A stretch of DNA of 64,000 nt from contig JAFDWF010000208.1 in NCBI GenBank assembly GCA_018268575.1, positions 1,540-65,539 on the forward strand. Reading direction: 5' to 3'. This DNA is from Actinomycetota bacterium (GTDB taxonomy: Bacteria; Actinomycetota; Thermoleophilia; Solirubrobacterales; 70-9). Under the pieces are notes generated by a model that saw only the letters and a program-made list of their open reading frames with translations, made no database searches and was not told where the DNA came from. The translations under genes were made by a program, and so were the position numbers. Each line of letters starts with the position of its first letter. The first letter of the stretch is position 1. Shown piece after piece: positions 52,409 to 62,200 of the stretch.

Positions 52409-53113
52409 GTGCGGGCACGGGGCTTGAACAAGCGGTTTGGGGAGCGACAGGCGCTTAAAGATGTCGGCTTCGAGGCCGCGGCGGGGGAGCTGGTGGCGGT
52501 GATCGGGCCGAATGGGGCGGGAAAGACGACGCTGTTGTCGATTCTTGCCGGGATTCAGGCTGCGGACGGAGGGGAGGTCGAGACCGGGGCCGGGGCGGTC
52601 GGCTGGGTGCCCCAGCAGGCGGCGCTCTACCGGCGGCTGACGGTGGAGGAGAACCTGCTGCTGTTCGCGCGCCTAGAGAAGCTCCCGGACCCGCGCGCCT
52701 CGGTCGAGGAGATGCTGGCGCTGACCGGGCTCGGCGAGCGGCGCGGCGAGATCGTCGCCCGCCTCTCCGGCGGCAACCAGCAGCGGATCAACATCGCGAT
52801 CGGGTTGATGGCGCGCCCGAGCGTGCTGCTCCTCGACGAGCCTAGCGTCGGCCTCGACCCGCGCCAGCGGGCCCGCCTCTGGGAGTTCGTCTCCGGCCTC
52901 GCCGGGCGGGGGACGACGGTGATCTTCTCCACCCACGACATCCAGGAGGCGGAGCGCTACGGCAACCGGATGCTGGTGCTGGCCGACGGCGAGGCGCTCT
53001 TCGACGGCTCCGCCGAGGAGCTCCGTGAGGCCGTCCGCGGCGAGGCGGCGGAAGCCGCCGACCGCGACTTCGAGACCGCCTTCGTCGCCTACCTCCACCA
53101 CCGGGGGCACTGA
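52409..53113 (+). CDS. ABC transporter ATP-binding protein
   Basis: 234 aa with a GTG start. Motifs are Walker A 'GPNGAGKTT', signature 'LSGGNQQR' and Walker B 'LLLDEP'. Confidence 0.9.
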   Translation: MRARGLNKRFGERQALKDVGFEAAAGELVAVIGPNGAGKTTLLSILAGIQAADGGEVETGAGAVGWVPQQAALYRRLTVEENLLLFARLEKLPDPRASVEEMLALTGLGERRGEIVARLSGGNQQRINIAIGLMARPSVLLLDEPSVGLDPRQRARLWEFVSGLAGRGTTVIFSTHDIQEAERYGNRMLVLADGEALFDGSAEELREAVRGEAAEAADRDFETAFVAYLHHRGH

Positions 53114-53115
53114 GC

Positions 53116-54468
53116 GTGCGCTGGCTGCTGCTGAAGGACCTGCAGATCCTCCGCCGCTCGCCGCTGCAGGCGGCGCTCCTGGTCGTCTACCCGGTGCTGA
53201 TCGCGATCCTGGTCGGGCTGGCCGTCTCGCGCGGGCCGGAAAAGCCGCGGGTCGCGTTCCTGAACGAAGTGCCGGAGAACTCGCGGATCAGCCTCAGCGG
53301 CAAGAGGCTCCCCTCCGCCAACGTCCAGGAACGGATCTGCGAAAAGGTCGAGTGCGTCCAGGTCCACTCCCGTGAGGAAGCGGTGGCGAAGGTCGAATCG
53401 GGGGACGTGCTCGCGGCGCTGGTCCTGCCCGAAGACCTGATCAACAAGATCAACTCGCTCTCCACCCTCTCCCCCGGCACGCCGAAGGTGGAAGTGCTGG
53501 TCAACGAATCCGACCCCTTGAAGGCGGGGCAGGTGGACGACAAGATCAGCGCCCTGCTCGCCCAGGCGAACCTGGCGATCGCCAAGCGGATCGCGGTCGA
53601 AGGCAGCAAATACCTGAACCTGGTGATCAGGGGCGGCGAGCTGCCGGTGCTGGGGAGCCAGATCCACATCCTCGGCCTCGAGGCGAGCGCCCACATCCTC
53701 GAAGCGATCGAACCGGCGGTGCCCCGGGGGCCGCTGCGGGTGGCGCTCTCCCAGGTGACCGAATTCGCCAACCAGGCGGGGCAGAATCTCGACATCGCCG
53801 GGCCGCTGATCAAGCGGCTGGCGCAGCCGATCGAGGTCCACAAGGTCGCGGTCGGGGGGTCCTCGCCACCGCTCGAAACCTTCGCCATCGCGGTGGCCGC
53901 GACGCTGACCCTGGCCTTCGTCACGGTGCTCCTGGTGGCCGGGTCGCTGGCACTGGAGCGGGAGGAGAACGCCTACCCGCGGCTGACCCGCGGGCTGGTC
54001 TCGTGCGAGGCGCTGCTCGGCGAGAAGGTCCTGCTCGGGACGGTCGTCGGGCTGGTGGTGACGATCCTGATGATGGCCGGGCTGACGATCTTCACGCCGA
54101 TCGAGTGGAGCCGCTTCGGCCTCTGGCTGGCGGCGATCGTGGTCGGGGGGGCGGCGCTGGCAACGGCCGGGGCGGCGCTCGGGGCGGTGGCCCGCGAGGT
54201 CCGGGCGGTCTCCCTGCTCGCCTTCATGGTCACGCTGCCGGTGGCGTTCCTCTCGCTGGTCCCGGCGGGGGCGGTCGGCAAGGGCCTCTTCGACGTGATC
54301 AAGGTGATCACCGCGCTCTTCCCGTTCAAGCCGGCGCTGGAAGCGATCACCGCCGGGCTCGACCCGTCCGGTGGCGCGCTCGGCGGCCCGCTGCTGCACC
54401 TGGCGATCCTGATCGTCGCCTACGCGATCCTCGCCCGGGTCGGGCTCCGCCGCTTCGCCCGCGTCTAG
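53116..54468 (+). CDS. ABC-2 type transporter permease with large extracytoplasmic loop
   Basis: 450 aa. An N-terminal TM segment is followed by a soluble loop of about 190 aa and then five TM segments. It lies immediately downstream of the ATPase gene. Confidence 0.75.
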   Translation: MRWLLLKDLQILRRSPLQAALLVVYPVLIAILVGLAVSRGPEKPRVAFLNEVPENSRISLSGKRLPSANVQERICEKVECVQVHSREEAVAKVESGDVLAALVLPEDLINKINSLSTLSPGTPKVEVLVNESDPLKAGQVDDKISALLAQANLAIAKRIAVEGSKYLNLVIRGGELPVLGSQIHILGLEASAHILEAIEPAVPRGPLRVALSQVTEFANQAGQNLDIAGPLIKRLAQPIEVHKVAVGGSSPPLETFAIAVAATLTLAFVTVLLVAGSLALEREENAYPRLTRGLVSCEALLGEKVLLGTVVGLVVTILMMAGLTIFTPIEWSRFGLWLAAIVVGGAALATAGAALGAVAREVRAVSLLAFMVTLPVAFLSLVPAGAVGKGLFDVIKVITALFPFKPALEAITAGLDPSGGALGGPLLHLAILIVAYAILARVGLRRFARV

Positions 54469-55166
54469 TCACAAAGCGCCGCGCCACCCATGTCGATGGG
54501 CGGGATCGGGCGGAGGCCGCCGCGTTTCACGTGGTGGAGGACGAACTCGGGCAGGCTGAGCTCGGGGTGGAGTGCGGCGCGGGCGCGGTCGAGCATCTGC
54601 GGGGTCGTCAACTCGGGGAAGGTGCGGTCGCGCGCCGGGATCGCGGCTAGGGCCACGGGGGTGCCGTCGAGGAGCAACGGGCCGTGGACGCTGACGAAGG
54701 CATCGATCTCCGTCGGCCCCTCGCCACCGATCGCGGGCTCGGCCGAGAAGTCGACGAGCTGCTCGAGCCGGTAGTTCTCGCCCTCGGTCGCCGCGAGCGC
54801 CTCGAGCTGCTCGTCGTCGGGGAAGACCAGGTGGACGGCGGCGACGGTGCCCGGGCTCGGCACCACCGCGGCGGGCACCGATCCATAACGGGTGACGTGG
54901 GACGAGTAGACGACGTCCCAGCCGCCGAGCGCCACCCGCAGCGCCGCGAGCGGCCGCGGCGGCAGGTGGGCGAGCTTGCGGGCCAATGCCTCCGGCGAGG
55001 CGTTGGCCCCGTAGGCGAGCAAGGCCCGGCGGCCGTCGACCTCGATCTCCTCCGGTGGCACCGGCAGGGTGCGCTCGCCGATCTGGACGAAGGACCCGGC
55101 CGGTGGGTCGTACGGGTAGGCGAGCGCCCGGCGCACGAGCTCCTCGGTGTCCGGCCCTGCCGCCAC
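54465..55166 (-). CDS. Hypothetical protein (possibly gamma-glutamylcyclotransferase-like fold)
   Basis: The track ORF was trimmed to GTG 55166 so that it does not cover the ymdB start region. 'ALLAYGANASPEAL' weakly resembles the GGCT/AIG2 N-terminal motif. The function call is weak. Confidence 0.4.
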   Translation of the reverse strand: MAAGPDTEELVRRALAYPYDPPAGSFVQIGERTLPVPPEEIEVDGRRALLAYGANASPEALARKLAHLPPRPLAALRVALGGWDVVYSSHVTRYGSVPAAVVPSPGTVAAVHLVFPDDEQLEALAATEGENYRLEQLVDFSAEPAIGGEGPTEIDAFVSVHGPLLLDGTPVALAAIPARDRTFPELTTPQMLDRARAALHPELSLPEFVLHHVKRGGLRPIPPIDMGGAALCD

Positions 55167-55224
55167 GCGCCCACACTGGCACAACCGCGGGCGCGCCCTC
55201 GGGTCAACGTCTAGGCTCGCCGCC

Positions 55225-56004
55225 ATGCGGCTGCTCTTCATCGGCGACGTGGTCGGCGGGCCTGGGCGGCGCGGGCTGCGCGAGACGATGCCCTCGCTGC
55301 GCGAGCGCTACTCGCCCGACCTGATCGTCGTCAACGGGGAGAACTCGGCGGGCGGCATGGGGATCACCGAGCGCACCGCCAACGACATCTTCGACGCCGG
55401 CGCCACCGTGATCACGACCGGCAACCACGTCTACCGCCACCGCGACGCCTACCCCTACCTCGAACGCGCCGAGCGGGTGATCCGCCCCGCCAACTACCCG
55501 AGCGCCAACCCGGGCCGCGGCCACACGGTGGTCGAGGCGGGCGGGATGCGGATCGGGGTGGTCAACCTCTCCGGCGGGGTCGGGCTGAAGGTGGCGCGCT
55601 CGCCCTTCGACGCGGTCGACGCGATCCTCGACCGCCTCGACGCCGACGCGGCGATCGTCGACTTCCACGCCGAGGTGACCAGCGAGAAGGTGGCGATGGG
55701 CTGGCACCTCGACGGCCGCGTCGCCGGCGTGCTCGGCACCCACACCCACGTACCGACCGCCGACGCGCGGGTGCTGCCGAAGGGCACCGCGTTCATCTCC
55801 GACGTCGGCATGACCGGCGCGCGGGAGAGCATCCTCGGGGTGCGGATCGAGGACGCGCTCGGCGCCCTCGTCACCCAGATGCCGACCCGCTTCGAGACCG
55901 CCGACCGGGACGTCTGGGTGATGGGCGCGGTGGTCGACGTCAACCGGCGGGGACTGGCGGACTCGATCGAGCCGCTGATGGTTCCGGCTCCCGCCGCCGC
56001 CTGA
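55225..56004 (+). CDS. ymdB: YmdB-family metallophosphoesterase (TIGR00282)
   Basis: Trimmed to ATG 55225. Motifs are 'MRLLFIGDVVG', 'VVNGENSAGG', 'TTGNHV', 'DFHAEVTSEK' and 'GTHTHVPTAD'. Confidence 0.9.
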   Translation: MRLLFIGDVVGGPGRRGLRETMPSLRERYSPDLIVVNGENSAGGMGITERTANDIFDAGATVITTGNHVYRHRDAYPYLERAERVIRPANYPSANPGRGHTVVEAGGMRIGVVNLSGGVGLKVARSPFDAVDAILDRLDADAAIVDFHAEVTSEKVAMGWHLDGRVAGVLGTHTHVPTADARVLPKGTAFISDVGMTGARESILGVRIEDALGALVTQMPTRFETADRDVWVMGAVVDVNRRGLADSIEPLMVPAPAAA

Positions 56005-57670
56005 GCCGCCATCTGAGGCTGGGGACGTCGGCGCGCTCCGGCTCCTCGGTCGGCTCGAGCAGCGCCAGCGCGATCAGCATCAGCGGGAAGAACCAGACGA
56101 TGTAGAGGTAGAACCAGTGGTGCAGGGTGATCTGCACGCCCAACATCAGCGCGGCCGAGAAGGCGGCGACCTGGAGCAAGGACTTCTTGCGCGGGACGAA
56201 GGCGAGGGCGATCGCGAGGGCGCCGGTGGCGGCGAGGATCGCGACGCGGATCGGTTCCAGCGATTCGTCCTGCCCCCAGATGCTGAACGGGGAGACGCGT
56301 CCGGCCTGGGCGGCGATCGTGCGTTCGTAGAAGGTGTGTAGGCCGGGGTTGATCGCGGGCCAGGTCATCGCGGCAAGGGTTACGGCGGTGAACCCGCCGA
56401 CGAAGAGGAGCGCACGGCGGGAGAACACGGCATCCTGCGCGCGACGTATACGTGCTCGGACGCCGCGTTCTCCCGACTCGGATCCGACGTCCGGGTTCGG
56501 GTCGTAAGTCAGAAGCATGGGGGCCAACATGAGAGGGATGAACTTCGCCCACGTGGCGAGGGACACCATCGCGCCCCGCCAGAAGGGCCGAGCTAAGACG
56601 ACCATCGTCGCCACCAGGAGGGCGGCTATGAGCGCGTCGTTCGAATCCGACTCAAGCACGTAGGCGGTGTATGGAAAGGCGGCCCAGCCGAAGCCGAGGA
56701 TCGCGCCGAGGCGACGGCCCGAAGGGCCGGGGCGGATCCGCATGCCGAGCACGATCAGCAGCAGGAAGGTGGCGATGTCGAAGGCGATCGAGGCGCCGTG
56801 GGCGGCGGGCAGGGTGTCCCATTCGCCGGTGTAGGGCCAGATCAGCTCGAAGGGGACGTAGGCGGCGTAGTTGACCGGGCCGTAGGTGTCGCCGGAGCGG
56901 ATGTCTTCGGGCCAGTCGCCGTAGAGCTGCTCGCCGTGGAGGATCCGGTGGGCGCCGGTGACGCCCGCGTAGCCGACGTCGATCGCGCCCGCGTCGGCCA
57001 TGTTCAGCCCGACCCGGAAGCCCATCAGGAAGAGCGCCGCGACCAGCAGCCAGATCGTCGGCCAGACCGGTCGCAGCCCGGTGCCGCGGCCGCGGAAGCC
57101 GATCCACAGGCAGCGGGCCAGGAGGTAGACCAGCACCGGGTAGGCGAGCGGCACCGAGACGCCGATGTTCCCCTGGTTGAAGAAGAAGTGCGAGGCGCCG
57201 AAGCCGAGCAGCACCAGCAGGTCGAGGTTGGCGGCGCGTCGCCACCGCTTCCAGTCAAAGAGGCCGACGAGGAAGATGGCGCAGAGCGGCAGCCAGATGA
57301 ACGGCGAGTTGAGCGAGTGGGCGAACTCGCCCGAGTAGCCCCGCGCCATTTCCCAGGCGACCTGGTAGCCGGTCCAGGATTCGGTCACCTTGCCGGTTTT
57401 CGGGTCGACCATCACCAGCGCGTACTCGTGGTCGCCTTCGAACCAGCCGACTTCCCACTTTTCGTGGTGGAAGGTCGGGCTCGGGGCCAGGTGCGGGTGC
57501 TCGGCTTCCTCCTTGTGGACGTTCGGGTCCTTCGACGCGGCGGCCTGCGCTTCGGCCGCAGTGATGTCGTTAGGCCCCGGCCTTTCCTCCTTTGCGGCGG
57601 CCGCCGGCGGCGGCGCGAGCAGGGCGAGGGCGAGCACCAGCGCGAGCAGGGCCGCCGGCCGCCGGCCCAT
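55940..57670 (-). CDS. Integral-membrane GT-C-type glycosyltransferase (DUF2029/GT87-like)
   Basis: Trimmed to ATG 57670 (TGATG junction with the upstream gene). It has an N-terminal signal/anchor followed by about 12 TM segments. The family call rests on architecture and hydrophobic pattern only. Confidence 0.6.
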   Translation of the reverse strand: MGRRPAALLALVLALALLAPPPAAAAKEERPGPNDITAAEAQAAASKDPNVHKEEAEHPHLAPSPTFHHEKWEVGWFEGDHEYALVMVDPKTGKVTESWTGYQVAWEMARGYSGEFAHSLNSPFIWLPLCAIFLVGLFDWKRWRRAANLDLLVLLGFGASHFFFNQGNIGVSVPLAYPVLVYLLARCLWIGFRGRGTGLRPVWPTIWLLVAALFLMGFRVGLNMADAGAIDVGYAGVTGAHRILHGEQLYGDWPEDIRSGDTYGPVNYAAYVPFELIWPYTGEWDTLPAAHGASIAFDIATFLLLIVLGMRIRPGPSGRRLGAILGFGWAAFPYTAYVLESDSNDALIAALLVATMVVLARPFWRGAMVSLATWAKFIPLMLAPMLLTYDPNPDVGSESGERGVRARIRRAQDAVFSRRALLFVGGFTAVTLAAMTWPAINPGLHTFYERTIAAQAGRVSPFSIWGQDESLEPIRVAILAATGALAIALAFVPRKKSLLQVAAFSAALMLGVQITLHHWFYLYIVWFFPLMLIALALLEPTEEPERADVPSLRWRLRRRREPEPSAARSSPPVPAG

Positions 57671-59205
57671 CACTCGCCGCCCAGCCCGAAGTGGGCGAGG
57701 ACCGCGGTGGCGACGTCGCGCAGGGACCACTGCTCGCGCTCGTCGGCCGACTCGGGCCCGCAGCCGACGAAGAGCAGCGGCCCGAGGCTGTCGCCGGCGT
57801 GCAGGGCGCCGTGGCTGCCGCCACCCGCGTGGCCGGCGCCGCCCCAGTCGACCGCCTCGTAGCCGTCAGCGAGCGAGAGCACGAAGTCGCCCGCGTGCGG
57901 CGCGGTGAGCGCCGACCACACCCGCTGCAGCGGATCGGGGTAGGCGTCGCTGCGCAGCTTGCCGTCCTCGACCCGCGCCTCCAGCACGCCGAGCTCCCCG
58001 TCGACATCCCAGCACCCGCCGCGCAGGTCGGCGACGCCCTCGCCGGGACGAAAGCGCACCGCCTCCCCCGCCCGCTCGACGGCCGCCCAGCCCTCGCCGC
58101 CCGCCGGCATCCCCGGCTCGGGCCGGTAAAGCGGCGCGCCCTCGGCGTCGAGCAGCCGGCAGACCAGGTCGATCCCCTCGATCTCGGCCAGCCGCTCCCC
58201 CACCGCCCGCGGGTCGGCGCGCTCGCCCTCCCCGGGCAGGAGGTAGACGTGCGCCGCCCGCCCGGTCGGGCTGACCGCCAGCTGGGCAAGCTCCGGTTTC
58301 AGCTCCGAGGGCTGCAGCACCGACCACTCGGCGGCGAGGATGTCAGTCAGCGGCAGGCCGCGGTGGACGGCGGTCTGGGCGTGGTCGGCGACCAGGATCA
58401 CCGCGTGGGTGGCGAGGAAGTCGTCGATCCCGCCCGCCGCCTTGACCAGCGTGCCGAAGCACTCGTCCGCGCGGGCGATCGACTCGACCGAGGCCTCCGG
58501 CCCGTGGCGGTGCGAGTAGTTGTCGTTGTCGGGCAGCGAGAGCAGGAGGAAGTCGAAGCCGTCCTCCTTGATCAGCTCGACCGCGCAGCAGGCCGCGTAG
58601 GGATCGCGCGCGCCGGGGATCGAGGTCGACTTGCAGGGGACCTCGAGGCTGGCGTAGAGGTCGCCGTAGAAGAGCTCGGCCGGCCCCCAAGTGTGGTGGC
58701 GGAACTTCAGCCGGGTGGCGTCGACCGCGCGGCGCAGCAATCCGTCGAGCGAGACTTCGTGCCGGTGGCGGCCGCGGTAGATCAGGTACGGCGTGCAGGC
58801 GGTCCGCGCGCCGGCGTCGTCGAGCTGCTCCCAGAGCGTCTCGATCTCCGGGCTCAGGTGGGCGAGGTTCATGTTGTAGACGAGGTCGTAGAGGGCGCGG
58901 AAGACGCCGAAGGCGCGGGTCGCCTCGAGCGAGGAGCCGTACTCGACGTAGCGCCGCTCGAGCCGGTGGTACCAGTTCATCCCGCTGATCCAGTGCTCGT
59001 CGGCGCCGACCCCGGTGACCATCTCCGCGCAGGCGACCGGGGTCACCGAGGGGAAGCTGGAGACGCAATCGTCAATTAACACCCCGCGCTTCACCAAGGC
59101 CTCGAAGCTTGGCGCGCGCCCCTCGTCGATCGCCCGCCGCAGCATGTCGGTGCGCAGCGAGTCGACGTAGGTGAGGATCAGCTTCTTGCGGCGGGGGCCG
59201 GGCAC
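57670..59205 (-). CDS. Alkaline-phosphatase-superfamily protein (nucleotide pyrophosphatase/phosphodiesterase-like)
   Basis: 511 aa with 'YVDSLRTD', 'SFPSVTPVACAEMVTG', 'LSLPDNDNYSHRHGP' and 'LVADHAQT', consistent with AlkP-core metal and nucleophile sites. Confidence 0.6.
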   Translation of the reverse strand: MPGPRRKKLILTYVDSLRTDMLRRAIDEGRAPSFEALVKRGVLIDDCVSSFPSVTPVACAEMVTGVGADEHWISGMNWYHRLERRYVEYGSSLEATRAFGVFRALYDLVYNMNLAHLSPEIETLWEQLDDAGARTACTPYLIYRGRHRHEVSLDGLLRRAVDATRLKFRHHTWGPAELFYGDLYASLEVPCKSTSIPGARDPYAACCAVELIKEDGFDFLLLSLPDNDNYSHRHGPEASVESIARADECFGTLVKAAGGIDDFLATHAVILVADHAQTAVHRGLPLTDILAAEWSVLQPSELKPELAQLAVSPTGRAAHVYLLPGEGERADPRAVGERLAEIEGIDLVCRLLDAEGAPLYRPEPGMPAGGEGWAAVERAGEAVRFRPGEGVADLRGGCWDVDGELGVLEARVEDGKLRSDAYPDPLQRVWSALTAPHAGDFVLSLADGYEAVDWGGAGHAGGGSHGALHAGDSLGPLLFVGCGPESADEREQWSLRDVATAVLAHFGLGGE

Positions 59206-59251
59206 GGCGCTACATGATCACGGACGACCGGGGCCGGTCGGTGGCGGCCGG

Positions 59252-59656
59252 CTAGCGGAGGACGCGGAGGCCGGCGTGCTTGCGCTGCGCGCGGCGGTGG
59301 CGCGACCAGCCGAGCCAGGCCAGCGCGATCGCGACGACGACGATCGCGATCGGCACCAACAGCGCGATCGCCAGCACGACCAGGGCGGCCAAGGCGATGA
59401 TGAACGCGAGCGCGCCGCCGCCGCTCCCCTCCCTTCGCGAGGCGCCGAAGACGAGGTCGGAGATCACCACGCAGGCGGCCGCGCCGCCGAGCGCCGTGAG
59501 GACCGCGCCGAGCGGACCGTCGATCAGGAAGCCGACGACGAGGCCGACGACCGCGGCGAGGATCGCCATCCGCCCACGGGCGCCGCCCTGGGTCCCGGTG
59601 GTGCCGGCGAGCATGCCGATCGCGATGCCGACGCCGATGTCCTGAAGAAAATGCAC
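59252..59656 (-). CDS. Small Gly/Ala-rich membrane protein
   Basis: Trimmed to GTG 59656, giving 134 aa with four hydrophobic segments. Confidence 0.5.
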   Translation of the reverse strand: MHFLQDIGVGIAIGMLAGTTGTQGGARGRMAILAAVVGLVVGFLIDGPLGAVLTALGGAAACVVISDLVFGASRREGSGGGALAFIIALAALVVLAIALLVPIAIVVVAIALAWLGWSRHRRAQRKHAGLRVLR

Positions 59657-59710
59657 GGCCGGAAACCTAACGCGGCAGGCACCTGGGCGGCAATCCGGCA
59701 CACTTTGCGC

Positions 59711-61180
59711 ATGACCGAGGTACCGCAGCCGCCGCACAAACGCCGTGCCCACACCTCGACCCGCGACCTCGAGCGCTACGCCGGGCTCTTCGCCGAGCGC
59801 ACCACCGTGATGCGCTCCTCGGCGATGCGCGACCTGATGGCGGTGACCGCGCGGCCGGAAGTTATCTCGCTGGCGGGCGGCCTGCCCGACACCTCGACCT
59901 TCCCGCCGCAGAGCTTCGCCGCGCAGATGACCCGGATCGCCCAGGAGTCCGCGGCGGCGGCGCTCCAGTACGGGCCGACCGAGGGCTTCGAGGAGACCAA
60001 GGACTGCATCGTCGAGGTGATGGCGGCCGAGGGGATGCTGCCCGACCCCGACGACATCGTCGTCACCACCGGCGGCCAGCAGGCGATCGACCTGGTGACC
60101 AAGACGCTGGTCGATCCCGGCGACGTGGTGATCACCGAGGCGCCGACCTACCCGGGCGCGGTGCCGGTCTTCTGCAGCTACCAGGCCGACGTCCGCCAGG
60201 TCGAGATGGACGCCGATGGGATGCGCATCGACCTGCTCGAAGCGCTGCTGGAGGAGCTGCGCGCCGCAGGCCGGCGGCCGAAGTTCGTCTACACGGTGCC
60301 GAGCTTCCAGAACCCGGGCGGCGTCACACTCTCGCTCGCCCGGCGGCTGCGGCTGGTCGAGCTGGCCCAGGAGCACGAGTTGCTGGTGGTCGAGGACAAC
60401 CCCTACGGGATGCTCCGCTACGGCGGCGAGGCGCTGCCGCCGCTCTACCAGCTCGACGGCGGCGATTTCGTCGTCTACCTGGGGACGTTCTCGAAGATCC
60501 TCTCGCCCGGGATCCGGCTCGGCTGGGTGGTGGCGCCGCCGCCGGTGCTGGAGAAAGTGGTGCTGGGCAAGGGCGCCGCCGACCTCTGCACCTCGACCCT
60601 GACCCAGTTCTTCGTCCGCCAGTACTTCGGCGAGGGCGGCTGGCGGCGCTACGTCGAGGACCTGGTCGGGCTCTACCGCGGCCGGCGCGACACGATGCTC
60701 GAGGCGCTCCACGAGCACTTCCCGACGGCGGCGAGCTGGACCGAACCCGAAGGCGGCCTCTTCATCTGGGCGACCCTGCCCGACTACATCGACACCGAAG
60801 ACCTGCTGGCAAAGGCACTGCGCAGCGACGTGGCGTTCGTGCCGGGGCGGGCTGCGTACGTCGACGGCCGCGGCGGCAACTCGATGCGCCTGAACTTCAG
60901 CGGCGTGACCGACGAGGAAATCCGCGAGGGGATCAAGCGGATCGGCGCCGTGATCACGGAGCAGGTCGAGCTGTATGAAACCCTGGCGCCCTCGGAGGGT
61001 TCCGCCCAAGCCGCGCCCGGCATGCCCGGACGCGAAGCGGAGGACATGCCGGTTGATGCAAAAACCAAGTCCGCCTCCGGCGACGATCGCAATCTGACTC
61101 CTTCGGCGCCGGAGGCGGACCGGCGTGCGGCGGACGAAGGTGGGGACGTCCTCCCCTTCCGCCGGGCCGAGGGCGCGTGA
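59711..61180 (+). CDS. PLP-dependent aminotransferase, class I/II (2-aminoadipate/aromatic aminotransferase-like)
   Basis: Trimmed to ATG 59711. Motifs are 'ISLAGGLPD', 'YGPTEGF', 'VEDNPYG' and 'TFSKILSPGIRLGW' (PLP Lys). It has a low-complexity C-terminal tail. Confidence 0.85.
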   Translation: MTEVPQPPHKRRAHTSTRDLERYAGLFAERTTVMRSSAMRDLMAVTARPEVISLAGGLPDTSTFPPQSFAAQMTRIAQESAAAALQYGPTEGFEETKDCIVEVMAAEGMLPDPDDIVVTTGGQQAIDLVTKTLVDPGDVVITEAPTYPGAVPVFCSYQADVRQVEMDADGMRIDLLEALLEELRAAGRRPKFVYTVPSFQNPGGVTLSLARRLRLVELAQEHELLVVEDNPYGMLRYGGEALPPLYQLDGGDFVVYLGTFSKILSPGIRLGWVVAPPPVLEKVVLGKGAADLCTSTLTQFFVRQYFGEGGWRRYVEDLVGLYRGRRDTMLEALHEHFPTAASWTEPEGGLFIWATLPDYIDTEDLLAKALRSDVAFVPGRAAYVDGRGGNSMRLNFSGVTDEEIREGIKRIGAVITEQVELYETLAPSEGSAQAAPGMPGREAEDMPVDAKTKSASGDDRNLTPSAPEADRRAADEGGDVLPFRRAEGA

Positions 61181-62112
61181 AGGTCGCCGTCCTCAAAGGC
61201 GGCCGCTCGCTCGAGCGCGGGGTCTCGCTCCGCTCCGCCGCCCGGGTCGAGGACGCGCTCGAGCGGCTCGGCCACGAGGTGGTGCCGATCGACGTCGGCT
61301 CCGACCTGGTGAGGCGCCTCCGTGCCGAGCAGCCCGACGTCGCCTTCGTCGCCATGCACGGGGTCGGTGGCGAGGACGGGACCGCGCAGGAGCTGCTGGA
61401 GATCCTCGGCATCCCCTTCACCGGCCCCGACGCCGCCGCCTGCGCCCGCTGCATCGACAAGGTCCTCGCCAAGGCGGCGATGAGGGACGCGGGCATCCCC
61501 ACCCCCGATTCCTTCGCCTTCACCCAGACCGCCTTCCGTGAGCTCGGCGCCGGTGATGCGCTTGCCGACCTCGAGGACACGCTCGGCTTCCCGCTGGTGG
61601 TCAAGCCGAGCCGCGGCGGCTCCTCGCTAGGGATCAAGTTCGCGAGCGCGCCCGCCGAGGTCCCCGGCGCCCTCGTCGCCGCCTTCTCCTACGACGACCG
61701 GGTGATGCTGGAGCGCTTCGCCTCGGGCCGTGAGCTGGCGGTCAGCGTGCTCGGCACAGAGCCGCTGCCGATCGTCGAGGCGATCCCGGCCGAGGGCGAC
61801 CGCTACGACTTCGAGGCCCGCTACGAGATCGGCCGCACCCGCTTCGTCTGCCCCGCCGACCTCTCCCCCACCGAGCGCGCCGCGGTCACCGACGCCGCCC
61901 TCGCCACCTGCCGGGCGCTTGGCTGCGAGGGCTTCGCCCGGGTCGACCTGATCCTCGCCGCCGACGGCCCCTGGGTCCTCGAGGCCAACGCGATCCCCGG
62001 CCTGACGGATACGAGCCTCCTCCCCCAGGCCGCCGAGGCCGCGGGAATGTCCTTTGAGGATCTCGTCACGCGGATCCTTGACATGGCGCTCGCCCCGAGC
62101 GGCGTTTCCTAG
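61177..62112 (+). CDS. ddl: D-alanine--D-alanine ligase
   Basis: 311 aa with 'VAVLKGGRSLERGVSLRSA', 'HGVGGEDGTAQELLEILGIPFTG' and 'EANAIPGLT'. The GTG start overlaps the upstream stop. Confidence 0.9.
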   Translation: MKVAVLKGGRSLERGVSLRSAARVEDALERLGHEVVPIDVGSDLVRRLRAEQPDVAFVAMHGVGGEDGTAQELLEILGIPFTGPDAAACARCIDKVLAKAAMRDAGIPTPDSFAFTQTAFRELGAGDALADLEDTLGFPLVVKPSRGGSSLGIKFASAPAEVPGALVAAFSYDDRVMLERFASGRELAVSVLGTEPLPIVEAIPAEGDRYDFEARYEIGRTRFVCPADLSPTERAAVTDAALATCRALGCEGFARVDLILAADGPWVLEANAIPGLTDTSLLPQAAEAAGMSFEDLVTRILDMALAPSGVS

Positions 62113-62200
62113 GGCGAAAACCAAGCAGGTCTAGGACGACCGAGGGAGTGTGCTCTGCACATGACCGAGGGAGGACAACGACATGCGCCGGTTTGCAGCC

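Noticed and set aside
52409-54468. The ABC ATPase and permease as the missing energising module for the mce operon.
   Set aside because: The permease is an ABC-2 type with a large loop, not an MlaE/YrbE type. It is 24 kb away and separated from the mce operon by unrelated housekeeping clusters.
62138-62174. 11-bp direct repeat gaccgagggag x2 flanking a small inverted repeat (tgtgc-tct-gcaca) in the ddl / nuclease convergent intergenic region.
   Set aside because: It is short and G-rich and could arise by chance. It lies where two convergent transcripts end, so at most it is a weak bidirectional terminator. Nothing further supports it.
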